A model generated the notes under the pieces. That model ran no database searches. It was not told the origin of the DNA and saw nothing but the letters and a program-made list of their open reading frames with translations. This document shows positions 1 to 13,000 of a stretch of 64,000 nt of DNA, one piece after another. The translations under genes and the position numbers were made by a program. This stretch comes from Nageia nagi (taxonomy: Eukaryota > Plantae > Pinophyta), in assembly GCA_050084985.1 (NCBI GenBank), contig JBITNC010000002.1, positions 24,986,001 through 25,050,000 on the forward strand, given 5' to 3'. Each line of letters opens with the position of its first letter. Position 1 is the stretch's first letter.

Positions 1-2004
1 GCCAAACCACATTTCATATGGAGTCTTATCATCAAGAGCATGAGATGGACATCTATTTCTAACATACACTGCACAAGCAACTGCATCACCCCAAAACATC
101 ATCGAACATTTTTGAAAAACAACATTGCCTATGTCATATTCAACAAAGTTCTGTTCATTCTTTCAGCTATACAATTCTGTTGCGGATTGTGGGGAACAAT
201 TGTTTGATGCTTGATTCCATGTTGACTAAGATAGTTCTTGAATTCATCTGAAGTGTATTCACCCCCATTATCAGAACGAAGTGTTCCAATATGAGCATTT
301 GCTTCTTTCTCAATCATCACATGAAATTCTTTAAACTTTGCAAAACATTCAGATTTGTTCTTTAACAAATACACCCAACACATCCTAGAGTAATCATCTA
401 TGAGAGTCATGATATATTTGTTTCCAACAACAGAAGGGATAGGCAATGGACCACACAAATCGGAGTGTATGAGTTCTAGTTTTCTACATGCTCTAAAATT
501 TGAATCATGAAAAGGTTGCTTGTTGTGCTTTCCTAGGACACATGCTTCACAAGGTTCTATGTTCCTAGGAATAGTAGGCAATCCCCAAAAACCTCTCTTT
601 TTTAATAAATGAAGATCATCAAAATTGAGATGGCCAAATCTTGCATGCCACAAAAGACTAGATGAGAGAGTACCTTTTTCTTGATGGGTGAGGTAGGCAT
701 AATTTGTGATTTGGCAGAACTTTCATGCATCTTCAACAGCTTCTCATCCTCCCCATCAGTCATCACCACTTTGTTGTCGGAAAACCTCCTTATCTCCACA
801 ATGCCATCGAACATATGAATAGAGTGTCCTTGTTGTCGAATGAGCACAAGAGATAGCAAGTTCCTTCACAGTTGAGAAAGGTAGAGCACATTTCAAAGAA
901 CCATATCTGGAAGGCCTGGCAATTTAAGTCTTACAGTACCAATACCTGAAGGTTTGATATAGGATTTGTCAACAAAATATACCGCACCATCAATGTTGGT
1001 ATTCATTTCCTCAAAGAATTCTCTTCGGAAGGTCATGTGGCATGTAGCACCAGTATCAAGCAACCATGCATCCTCCCAAGATGCAAATGAAGTATTACAC
1101 AAATTTTCAATGGTATCGTTACAATATGCAGTAACATAATGAGCAGAATCAAAGTTCTTACTCTTGTCTTGCTCCCGTTTTTCATTCCTTTCTTTGATCT
1201 TGTCCCATGGAGTGCGACAGGTATGAGCTTCATGGCCTCGTCTATCGCATCTTTTGCAATGGAGATTGTTCCTCTCATCACGATCACCTTGATTAGATCT
1301 ACCCCCCGGCCTCTATAGTTCCTCCTACCACAACCACGGTTGTTGCTTTCACCTCGAGAAGAATCATGAATAACATTCTTTCCCTTTTGAGCAATACACA
1401 ATATGTCTGAAGTAGAATCACTAGATTTCTTACCAAAAGCCTTCTCACGTTCTACAATCTTATCCGCCAGAGTGTCAAATGTGAGAGACTTTAGGTTACC
1501 ACTAGCTTGCAAAGATTCAAAATAGTTTGAATAGGTGGGATACAATAACTTAATCAAAGCTGCGAGAGCAATATCAATCTTCACACCAGTAGAGTCAATG
1601 TCATGCATTATTGCTCTAATTTCTAAAATTAGTGCAATGGGATCATCATTCTTTAACTCTAGGTTAAAGCGTTTCAACTCGAGTTGGATCAATTCTAGTT
1701 TGGAATGGGAATCAAACAAATCTTTGAGTTTCTTTAATGCATTCCAAGCATCATCAATAGAGCTAATGTGGCGGTTAACCTCCTCACTAACCGAAGTAGC
1801 AATCAAAGCATATGCCTTATTATTTTTCATGTTGCAAACTGCAAGTTCCGTGGCATCAATCAATTTGGTAGGTTGTTTGTCCCCATCACAAATGTCAACC
1901 CAAAAATCATTGAAAATTTATGTATGTTTTATTTTCCTAGACCACTCTAGCCAATTTTCTTTTCCAGTTAAAACAACACCAACAATACTCATAAGGGAAT
2001 GCAT
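1..2004 (-). pseudogene. copia gag-pol polyprotein, disrupted (gag, protease, integrase)
   Basis: ATG at 2004 (MHSLMSIVGVVLTGKENWLEWSRKIK), in-frame stop near 1920, then frameshifted ORF pieces 1033-1863, 893-1102, 602-859, 129-653. Confidence 0.9.
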
Positions 2005-2876
2005 TTTTGAAATAGAAACTTCAAGCTTTATTTAATTGCCTTGTTCAAACTTTTACAATGCCAATAAAAGTTCACACACTTCGCCGAAAAATATCAATGT
2101 CCACACTAAATGAAGATTCTTTTTGCTTACACCACACCAAAAATTGCAAGAAGAATAGAAGATCTCAAAAAGGATTCATTCCATCACACGTCTCCTTTTA
2201 CAAGGAGGATTCCTTCTAGGAGGCATGCTTCGATGAGTTGGCAAGGTGAAAGTAGAGGCAGCATCAGATAGCTCAACAACAATATCTTTGTCTTCATTGT
2301 CTTCAACATCAGCCAAATAACCTGTTTCCAAATCTAATTTTATTTTCTCAACATCAAGGGTAACACAATACTTCAAGGTTCAGAATCCTTCAATTATGCC
2401 AAACTCACCAAAATTTGAGTCAAATGTTAAATTATCTTTGCCAATATATTTTTTACTTCCTCTCCAAAAACAATATCCATCCAATGAAATAACTGAAAAA
2501 TACTCTGAATTCTGAGTTCAACAAAAAAAATCTCGCTGAAAAAAGGAGTTTGTTACACCAAGTTATGGCAAGAAATGTCTTCAAAATTCAAAAATACCCC
2601 AAAATCAAATTAAATGCTGACTGTGCGTTGCTGACTAGGCCAAAAATGCTGATTGTACTGGTCAAATCGCTAACCAGGCTGGTCACACCTACGTGCGACA
2701 CGTGGCGGATCTGAGTGTAAAGGAAGAGGCGTGCATTTCTAGAAGAAGTGTGCATTTTGAAAATGGTGCGCATTTTTCTGACAATGTTTTGCGATTAGGC
2801 GGACAGGGTTTTGCAGGTAGGCTGACAGCAGAGTGCGTTTGGCGGAGGGTTGAAATCGACATAAGGCTCGAACATA

Positions 2877-3220
2877 CGAGGTTGATTTGAGTCTCGGACG
2901 GCATGAAACTTAACGTGAGCAACGTGAGGTAAGTCTCGAGCGGTGAGGGAGATAAGTTTCAGACGGGGTTGATTTTAGTCTCAGACGGCGTGAAACTTAA
3001 CGTGACCAACGTGAGGTAAGTCTCAGGCGGTGAGGAAGATAAGTTTCAGACGAGGTTGATTTTAGTCTCGAACAGCGTGAACCCAATGTGCAACGTCAAG
3101 TGAGCCAATGTGATGACGGGAGACCACAAACCATGGGGAGAGGGGTAATACCACGAACAACGTGAGCCAATGCAACGATGGGAGACCACAGACCACGGGG
3201 GGAGGGGTAATACCACGAGG
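2877..3220. repeat. Tandem repeats in the copia leader (~86-bp unit x2.5, then ~62-bp unit x2)
   Basis: Recurring GAGGTTGATTT..AGTCTC..GACGGC.TGAAACTTAACGTGA.CAACGTGAGGTAAGTCTC, then GAGCCAATG..A.GA.GGGAGACCACA.ACCA.GGGG.GAGGGGTAATACCACGA. Confidence 0.85.
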
Positions 3221-3565
3221 GGATGAGACTAAGGGTGCAAAATCCGGACTGTGTGGTAATGAAACCAATTCCTGATCCAAATAAAACCATTGAAGTAAAC
3301 CACTGAAATAAAACCGCCAAAAATAACAATCACAAACTACTTACTTGACTGAAAACTTCACATTGAGATAATTTTGCCAAAACTGCTCCAAATCACCTCG
3401 TTCAAAAACCAATCTTGCTCTACACAAACATGGGTATCCAAATATGTGCTCAGATTTGGATTTTGATGCTCATTTTCGGAGAAAAAAATAGAAGCAAAAT
3501 TTTTGGACAGATTTCGGCAGCATTTTTTATCACTTTCATGGAGTTAGAGAAAACAAAAAACTCAT

Positions 3566-3578
3566 GGCTCCGGTACCA
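3566..3578 (-). promoter_or_regulatory. Primer binding site (tRNA-Met-like) of the copia element
   Basis: Minus strand reads TGGTACCGGAGCC, 1 nt after the LTR-terminal CA. Consensus is TGGTATCAGAGC. Confidence 0.85.
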
Positions 3579-3579
3579 A

Positions 3580-3828
3580 TGACAGGCTGGATAACTCCAA
3601 GATCAAAAAGCATTCTATTAGTGTAGAATATTGTGTAAATACAATTTGAGAAAGACTCTTCATCTTCACCTTCTTGGGTGACCTTTGAAATACATTGTAA
3701 CTCCTCATATTCTATAAGAAATGACTCTCTAAATTCTAGCACACTCAAAGCTACAAATTTACTAAATATAGTAAGTATCTAATACTATACTAACTATACC
3801 ATAATCCTTAAGGATTAGGTGTCTAACA
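3580..3828 (-). repeat. 5' LTR (~249 bp) of the copia element
   Basis: Minus strand starts TGTTAGAC and ends TGTCA next to the PBS, with a TATA-like TATATTTA inside. The partner LTR is outside the window. Confidence 0.7.
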
Positions 3829-3925
3829 AAAATAACACCAAGAAAATTCCAAAATAGTTTGAAGCAAAGCAAAATGATCACATAAAATAAAGCATGCAAG
3901 GGAAACAAGCAGGTGGAAGCATCAC

Positions 3926-4071
3926 CTGAAAAAGGATGAGTAAAATGACAACAATGATTCCAAATGTCATGGCACTGCTGTAGTAGAAAGGCACCCACTT
4001 ACTTACGACAGGTGCCATGGCTAGCATCAATAGAGCTAATGCCAAGAAAAGCAAACGATACGGTTGAAAAG
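3926..4071 (-). CDS. NEMP1: NEMP exon 4 (transmembrane segments)
   Basis: tttgcAG|CTTTTCAACCG...TTTCAG|GTgat; encodes FQPYRLLFLAL...WVPFYYSSAM. Confidence 0.93.
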
Positions 4072-7000
4072 CTGCAAACATGTAAGATTTTTTACTCACT
4101 ATCCACATAGCCTAATCACACTCTGATCTGTAAAGACACCTGATTAATGTTCTAGGTGAAGAATTCAAAAACAGAACTTCCCAGAAGATCACTGACCTTC
4201 TTCAACTGATATTGTTAGAGAACCAAATAGTGTAGATGGCATTCTTATGTCAATAAACTTTGTCTCATAAGGTGACATGATGCCACTCCACAAACCCTTC
4301 TCAAGTGTCTTCCATTGATTATGTGGACATTGGCCCAATCCAAGGGATGCATTCCTGCAAAGGCAAGGCTAAAATGACATGAGCAGTGACATGAATATGT
4401 TTGTTTCTCACAACGTTTTTAAACATAAAAAGTAAAATGTAAAAGAAAAAATGTTTATCAATATCACAAATTATATACAATAGAACAAACCTTAAACTAC
4501 AGGATGATGGGGAAAAATGTGGCTGGAGGATAAAATTATACGAGAAGCTACAACAGTCATGGCACAGGTTGGGTAAATTTATGGAATGGTCAAAAAACTA
4601 GAGACTTCAATGCCTATGGCTAACACTGGCTGTGTGCTCACAATAAAATAAAAAGATTTTGTGAATAAAGCAGAGCACAGAACTACTCAAAATAAAGTAC
4701 AGAGAGAAAAGACTTTGTCAAGGTCATAAACTCCAGAAAAACAAAAAGCTGAAGTCAAAAGAAGAAAAACCAACTTTGAAAAATCAAAGCCGATAGTTGT
4801 AGATTCAAAGACAAAAATAAAAATGTTACTTTGGCCCCAAACATTGTCTTGAAATACACACTAACAGGATCACAGACAATTTTTAACGTGTTCAATGAGA
4901 TCAAAGCATATTATCCATGCAAAATAAGTTCACTTGCTTTACATGTTTAATAGAAACTCTGTTTACCTACATTAGTCACTCATGAACATTAATAATATTT
5001 GAAATTACATACACTGAACCAATAAATACATGAGTACAGAGTTTACAATTCTGAAACCTACTTGAATGCAATTGTGTCTGTAATTTTCAGAGCAGTAAAA
5101 TTTATAAATCGAAATTATTACTAGGCCATTTGATCTCTCCTGCAATATTTGTTCAAAATAAAAAATTTGAGGATAAAACCTATATTGAGAAATGTTAATT
5201 AACAAAGCTAAACTTGCGTTTTCTGCAATAGGACAATATCTATTATCTATCATCTGTAGATTAACATAATGACGAAGGTTATTCCTGATAGCTTGCATTC
5301 CTCTGATATTATAAAACATGAGGCTTCATGTTTATGGCATATTACTGATGTGACAGCTTGTTAACATCATTAGCATTTATAATTCCTGAGTACAGCAGTT
5401 TTCTTGTAGAGCACTGTATTTCAAGTTGTGCCCCCCTTTTTGTTCTACTTTTTTCAGTTTTCTGATGCAGAAGCTTAGTTATTTCGAATTGAGAAAGCTG
5501 AATTTTCGTCATGTTTAAAACCTGTTTTGATGACTATCTACCTGAATTTGCTCAAATGTTTGCTTTATAGAAAAAGATCTTTCCATGTGAATGGGTGCTC
5601 CAACTTCCTACCTTGGTTATGGAGTTCTTTATTCCGAAATTATTTGTCCTTTGTTCTTACGTAGAAGCTTCAGTAACTTGAAAGTGCGTGAAGTCCGGTA
5701 ACAAGTTTACCTGACCCTTCTTGGTTTTCGTATTCAGTTGAATGTTGATTTCTTGATAGTGACTTTTGTTTTTCCAGTGCACACTAAACCAACAAGTATG
5801 CTTTCTGGTGAAGCTGTATTTGCTGTTGTTTCCGTACTGGTAGTCTAATTCAATGTCTCGTAATATGTCTTCATCAATATCATGGTTACGACACCCTTCC
5901 ATAAGGGCAGGTGTAGCTTTGTTATCTTGCTGCTTCTGTAGCTAAGGCTGCTCCAACATGTGCATAATGGATAAGGCATAGCTGACCTCAGTTTCTCATG
6001 GATGAATAGTCAATAGTACTTCCTCTAATCCTTTGTCTTGTGACTGCACATGAAACTGCTGAGTTATGTTGGTTATGGTAAATGTGGCTTTAGAATTCTT
6101 TTGAAAATGAACATGCCCATTCCATATACTGCACTTGGAATATATACTGCTGTGGTTACTTCAAGTTACCACTGAGACTCGGAATGTATACTGTCACAGT
6201 TTATAACTACTTGCAGTTCCCACAGGTGTCCCAGTTCTCTAATTTACTTTCCCAGGAATAAGGTTTCCAAGTTCAAATTGATACAAATCTGAACTAGTAA
6301 CTGATGATCATATCCATGGAAACAACAGATTCTCTGATATATTCCCCTAGTCTGTGTTTAATAGCTTAAAAAACTGTCACTTCACAGAATTTATATAGTG
6401 GACACAGAAGCTTACTTATATAGCACTTACACAGTTTGCAATGGTTTTTTGTGGTTGGATCCTACAGTCCAACATTTGCCATATCCCTGCTATGTTTATG
6501 AACCATGGCCCTATCTGGAAACAATTTCTACAGTGGAGAACAATATTGTGATGTAACCTGTTAGTTATATAGGTTCATTTTCACCCCATATAGAGGTCCA
6601 ATTCACTTGTATCAATTCTATTACTCTATTGAGGTAATGAATGCAATTGATAAAACTACATGTAACTGCTCTTTCCATGAATTTGTTTATCATATGTACA
6701 TGTAATGCAATTTCTATTGAGATACATATGTCTGTTTTGACTTTGTTTATCATGGGGACATCAATTTCTGCTCTTCTAACACTTGATGACGGCTTCTGTT
6801 ATTCCTGAACATTCTTGCTATAACTGTGGTGGAAGGTGTAATTTTATCACTAATGTCTCCTATGTGGACCCGCTATAAGTGGTACAATACGATGTGGAGG
6901 GCTAAGCACACCCAATTTTGCAACGGGTAATGGAGAACTATTAGCCTTAAAATGCAGAAACCGGTACTGTTGCAACATCTTCAGTATATAGCTCACTTTG

Positions 7001-10000
7001 AGCCTTCAAATGATGTAATTACTTACAGCTAAGATTCCACTTGTCTATAACCATGTTTGTAATTGTACGTCTGCATCCAAAGATGAAATGTAGAGCTTTC
7101 AATGACTGATGCCTTGAATGAACGAGATATCCCAGCATGAAGTGCATCCTTTTGTTGTCATTGTTAAGAATGCTAATAAAAGCGGCAACAAACAAATGCT
7201 TAAAACAAAAAGCAATATAAGCTAATACCTCTTTCATGTTTCAGGCAGGACATTAAGATGTCATCATCAAGACAAAAGACAAGTTCAATTAGTAACAGCT
7301 GATGCAAACAGTAAGTTATAAAACTCTAAACAGATAAATAGCAAAACAATGATAAAGCCTCCTTGTCCTTCTGATGTTTAAAACATTTTAGATATACCGG
7401 CTCACAATATTGAGGTGTAAATCAAATAAACCAAACCAATCAACTAATATTATGTACCTATCCAAATGTAGACGGTAAATGGCACTGCAACAAAACAATA
7501 TGTTAAAAAGACTAGCCAAAAGGAGTAACGGTCGATGCAAACAATAAGCTATGAAATTCTAAGCAGATAAATAGCAAACTATTGATCAAGCCTCCTTGTT
7601 CTTCCAATGTTTAAAACAATTTAGAAATACTGGTTTACAATTTTGAGGTGCAAATCAAATAACACAAGCCAATAATGTAGGAGGTAAAGGGCATTGCAAG
7701 AAAACAAAGATTTGAAACCTCTAGCATAGATTTCAGATTCATCCATCAATTTCATATATGAAAGGGTGATGTATGAGCTCTGATAAGACACAGGCATAAG
7801 CATGATAAGATAAATAAGGAATTCAATTTCCAGAAAATGGTTACCTGTGAATGCAGAGTTCAATCTTTTTTGAATTTGTAATCGGTTTTCTATCTGAATA
7901 TTGTATCGTGACTTTGTGTGAATGAGCATATTTATTGAGATGTTGAAATCTTCCAAGGCCAGTAATACAGATACGTTCACAAGCTATATCACTCAAAATC
8001 TTTAAGCCCGGTGAACTTTCAATCAATGATCCAGTAGGTAATAGTCTTTTCACAGGAAAGCTATGCACATCTGCAATATCAATTTCTATACTATTAGAAT
8101 GGCATAAAAAGTTTTCCAGATTTTAATAAAAATGATGTATTAGTCATGTCATTTTGATTTTGCCATTCAATATTAAAATGCCCTTGTCGATTGCTTGTAA
8201 ATTTTCTCTTGCTTAACGTAAGAAAAAAGCAAGGCAGTATAAGAAGCCAACTTAGAGTGGTGTACACAAAAAGAACATTACATATATCAAACATAACTGG
8301 CACTGATTAGGAAATGTATTATTCAAAGAAAAATGCTGGAAAGGATGCTCCTTTAGGCCAACAACATAGCCAAAGCAGGTGCACTGAAGATGCTGCACGC
8401 ATTGAGCAGATGGTTATTTATATCAAACGTAACTGGCACTGATTAGGAAATTTATTATTCAAAGGAAAATGCTGGAAAGGATGCTCCTTTAGACCAACAG
8501 CAAAGCTAAAGCAAGTGAACTGAATATGCTGCACGCATTAAGCAGATGGTTATTTGTATCGAGTAATTAAAGTTAGATTTTGTACTTATTTCAAACATAG
8601 ATCCTTATATCTGATTTTATAATTCTGATAATGGGTTAACACAAACCACCTGAAAAGTAAATATACAGAACTCTCATACTAGAATCCTGAAACCATAAAC
8701 TAGAAAAATAATCTACATTGAAACAGAGGGTGCAGAGTTTAAATAATTTCAGAAGTTTCTTGATAGAAGAGCATCACAGAGAATCAAGGTTTTCACACCT
8801 TCATACATCAAACGAGGCTATAATTGCTATTACAAAAGGTGAATGAAGGACAATTTCAGATCCTCTATAAGATTTACTGATCAACTTAAGCTCTGCAGAT
8901 CCAAATTTATGATTCATCTGACGAAGGGTGAAAAGAAAACCAGCAATGAAGTATGTACAAAAAAGTTGCTTGATGTAAGAGCATCAAATAGAATCAAGAT
9001 AAAGCCTTTTCACACATCAAAGGATCCTATAATTGCTAGTAATTGAAAGATGAATGAAGGGCAACCCAATCATCCATATGTTTTGTACAGCCAGAACCAT
9101 GATAAGACAAAGATAAAGGCTGGAAAAGGATTCAGCAATGAAGTATGTGCGAATAAGAAACCCCTAAAAGGCAAACCCATCAATGCAACTCCTCTATTCA
9201 GTCAAAAACCTAATACACAAAACCTTGCAAAAGAACTTACTTAAATTCCATAAGTAATCATTATAAAATAGCTTCTGAAGATAATATCACCATTAATTTG
9301 CAAATAGTGCAAGTAGATTTCTTGTGTTCCACCTTGAAGATTGCGAGCAAGAAAAGGGACCAATGAAAGAAGTTTAAACTGTTATTTTCAAGATAGATGG
9401 TTGAATGATTTCAAGAGGATGCTTGATGTTAAAAAGCAAAAATATTGTTATTTGCTTAATACATTGTGTTGGGATGGAAATCTTTCCTCTCAAAAAGAAT
9501 CACCGTGAGATGACTAAATGGGAAAGCAAACCAGCATTAGGTAAGAATAGTGTTACCTATCTCCTTTAGAAAGGACCGAAACCCTAAGGTTTATTCGAAT
9601 TCCTGCATTAAAGGTAGCTCAAGTTTATAACTCTTGTTCTTGGGAATCAGTTCAGTGGATTAAGAGAGATAGTGGATGTTAACTCACGTTTGTTTTAGGG
9701 ACTGAAGTGTTTATGCAAAGATTAAAAGTAGTTGTGTTTTCAAAAAAAGAAAAAAAGAAAGGAAAAATAAGCAAATAAAAGAGAATGTTCAATCCAATAC
9801 TAGTTTGGTTTCAAAAGGATCACCACAATAAAGCATTGTCTAAACTAAGTCCTTTCCAAATCAGTCAAGAAGGTTTCATTCAGTCAATCTAGTTTGAAGT
9901 AAATGATGCGAGTCCAAATTATCTTCAAAACTAGAGCATAAAGCAAGGTTGACTGTCAGTACTCCGTAAATGGGACCAATGCAATCAAAAGAACTTAGCG

Positions 10001-13000
10001 TAGAACAGATGTTGCTAACTTGTTTTGAATGAAAGCATCAAATTGGATGGTGTAGAAAGAAAGTGGATTCAAAAAACGTTTCTTTGCTTTGCGAGCAATG
10101 GAAAAGTAGCAATCTAAGAGTAATTCAAATGCTTTAAGAATTTCAAACATTTTTTCCTAAAACTCGTGAATTTTCAATGAAAGCATTCAAATTATAGAAG
10201 AAAGCCACAAATGATTCAATCCACAACTCCACAAATGACAAAATCTCTCGAGTCTTTAAGTCACTATTTTGTATTAGCTTTGTAAAAGAGTTATACAAAA
10301 TTTTCAAATTTTTTCCTCCCTTACAAAAGTTTTGATTTTTCACAAAATTTTCATTCTACAAAAATAAGACCCCCTTGGGTCTATTTATAGAACTTCTAGG
10401 GTTTCCAAGTGTTGCTCTAATTCTAATAAAAAAATATTAAAAATATTACATTTCACTAAGTCACCTAACATGACTGACTTTATGTGCTTAACTTCCTAGG
10501 CTAATTGACTGCAAGAGCTAAGTCAGCTAACTTTTGGTGCTCAACTTGTCATGTTGACTGATGTTCTGCTCATTTTTGATAAATTTCGATCCACACTATC
10601 CTCAACACAATGGAAATGGGTACTCAAATCCAATCTTGAAATCAGTTTCAAGCATGGTGCATTTTGCATGCTATATAGGCTCATTCTGACCAATGAACTC
10701 ATTCTTGAAGCGTGTTTTGCATGCTAGATAAGTTTTTGATCATTTTGGTGCTCCATGTCTTTATGTGCTCATATTTGATGCTCCATGTCCTTATGTGATA
10801 AAATTTTGGATTTCTCAAAGGTCAAAAATGGGTCCCTTTTGGTCTAGGTGCATGTTTTCTTCCTTTGCTTACATCAAACCCCCATATATTGCACCTAGCT
10901 ATAAAAGGAGTGATTTTGATCTTTTCTCAATACTTCCAAGACCAAACTTGCTTCAATTCGCATTGTGCACAACCTCGTCTCTTTAAATTTGGATTTTGGA
11001 AAATGTCAAAAATGATTGTTCTTGAGCTAGGCTCCATTTTTTTCCTTTTGATGACATCAATCCATAAAAACTTGTGCCTAGGTGTGGAGGGAGGATTTTT
11101 GGCTCATTTCACAAAGTTCTAAGAGCAAACATGCTTGGAATTGGTCCTTCATGCCTCCATGTGCTTAAATTCGAATTTTCAAAAGTCAAAAATGGAGCCC
11201 TTTTGGTCTAAGTGCACGTTTTTTCTCTTTGTTGACATCAAACACTCAAAACTTGCGCCTACCTCTCTTGAGTGAGCAATTTTGATCTTTTTGGAGAAGT
11301 TTCAAAGCTAAACCCCTTTGATTTTTCATCCTCCACATCATGGTGTCTTCAAAATCCTATTCCAAAAAATGTCAAATTTAAGTGCTTCATGGCCTAGGCG
11401 CATGTTTTTCTCTTTGTTGACATCAAACACTCAAAACTTGCATCTACCTCTCTTGAGTGAGCAATTTTGATACTTTTGGAGAAGTTTCAAAGCCAAACCA
11501 CCTTTGATTTTTCATCCTCCACATCATGGTGTCTTCAAAATCCTATTCCAAAAAATGTCAAATTTAAGTGCTTCATGGCCTAGGCGCATGTTTTCTAGCT
11601 TTGATGCCATCAAAGCTCCCAAAATGGTGCCTACCTCTCTTGGACACATTTTTTTGGTCTTTTTTCAAATTTCCAAGAGCAAGAGCACTTGGTTTTCCTT
11701 CTCCATTGTCCCATGTCTTCAAAAATGCATTCAAAATTTGGTCAAAAATGTTCATTTTCATGCTAAGAGCATGTTTTTCTCCTTTGATAGCATCAAACCC
11801 TGAAAATGTGCACCTAAGTGAAATAGGGTGATTTTTTCATCATTTTGAAAAATCCAAAGGTTAAATGTTTTTGTATTTTCATGCTCCTCATGATCATACC
11901 TTCATATTTTGTATTTGACTTGGATCAAATTCATGTCATTTTGAAGTAGGTGCATATTTTCCTCCTTTGGTGACATCAAACCCTCAAAACTTGCGCCTAG
12001 GTGTGAGAGGTGGATTTTTGACTCAATTTGGAAATTTCCAAGCTTAAACTTGCTTGGATTTTGACTCTTCACAACTCAATGCCTTTAAAAATTTGAACCA
12101 AATTTGATCAAACATGTGGGCTTTCTCCTTAGGCACCATTTTTCCTTATTTGATATCATCAAAGCCTTGAATTTTGCGCCTAACCTTTTGGAGGTCAATA
12201 CTTGGTCAAATTTCAAAAGTTCCAAGCCTAAAGGTGCTCAAAATTGGACCTTTTATCACCTTGCAATGTCGAAATTTTGGTTTGCCAAAGTTGAAATTTG
12301 TGCAATTCTACCTTAGGCGCATTATTTCAAGCTTTGATCGCATCAAAGCTCCAAAAATGTCGCCTTGACTTTGGAGGGAGCAAACTTGACCAAATTTCAA
12401 AATTTCCAAGGTTAAAGACGCTCAAAATGGGGTCTTTCACTGGCTTGTATCTTCAATTTTCACCTTTGGCAAATTTCAAAATTATCTCATTCTCCCTTAG
12501 GCACAATTTTCCGAGCTTTGATGAAGACAAACCTCAAAAAACTCCTTGATACAAAATTTGCAATTTTTATGGGATTCTGAAAAATTCCAATTTTAAAAGT
12601 GGATGCCTTAAGCTCCTTTACAAACCCATAAGATCACATTTTGCATTTGGTGAAGATCAACATTGAGCTCATTTTCCATGTGCACACACTTTCATGTCTA
12701 TCCTTGCCAAATCCTCAAAAATTGTGCCCATTGCTTGAGAATGCCACTCTTTGGAGTTGGGGATCTTGGAAGCTCCAACTTATGGCCTAGCACCCTGAAC
12801 TGTCTGACTACATCTTGTGGATGATCTCCTTGTATCATTTCCTCGTTTAGCCACTTTGAATATTCATAACCATCTTGATCTAGTCATCCCTCAAGCAATC
12901 TACTTCATTGCCTAAGCAAAAATAGGGTCCCCAAAATCTTGTATTTTGGGGTGTGTTGTGCAGACGCAACACATTGCATTTACATTCAAAAAGGTGGTAC

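Larger units (their letters stand above)
1..3828 (-). mobile_element. Ty1/copia LTR retrotransposon, 5' part (runs off left edge), inside NEMP intron 4
   Basis: Minus-strand order: LTR (3580-3828), tRNA-Met-type PBS, gag, protease (WLLDTGATCHMT), GAG-pre-integrase/integrase (WHARFGHLNF, CEACVLGKH, IHSDLCGP, LRSDNGGEY, PQQNCIAERMNRTL). Integrase directly after protease is the copia order. Confidence 0.95.

Noticed and set aside
1535-2035. 166-aa plus-strand ORF (likewise 26417-26752, 30055-30450, 31310-31645, 40522-40935, 57543-57794)
   Set aside because: These are antisense shadows of real or decayed coding sequence on the other strand.
6780-7240. Possible extra NEMP exon or CYNCGG zinc knuckle in intron 2
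   Set aside because: Exons 2 and 3 already join in frame as the conserved HRNASLG motif, and the candidate frames stop quickly.
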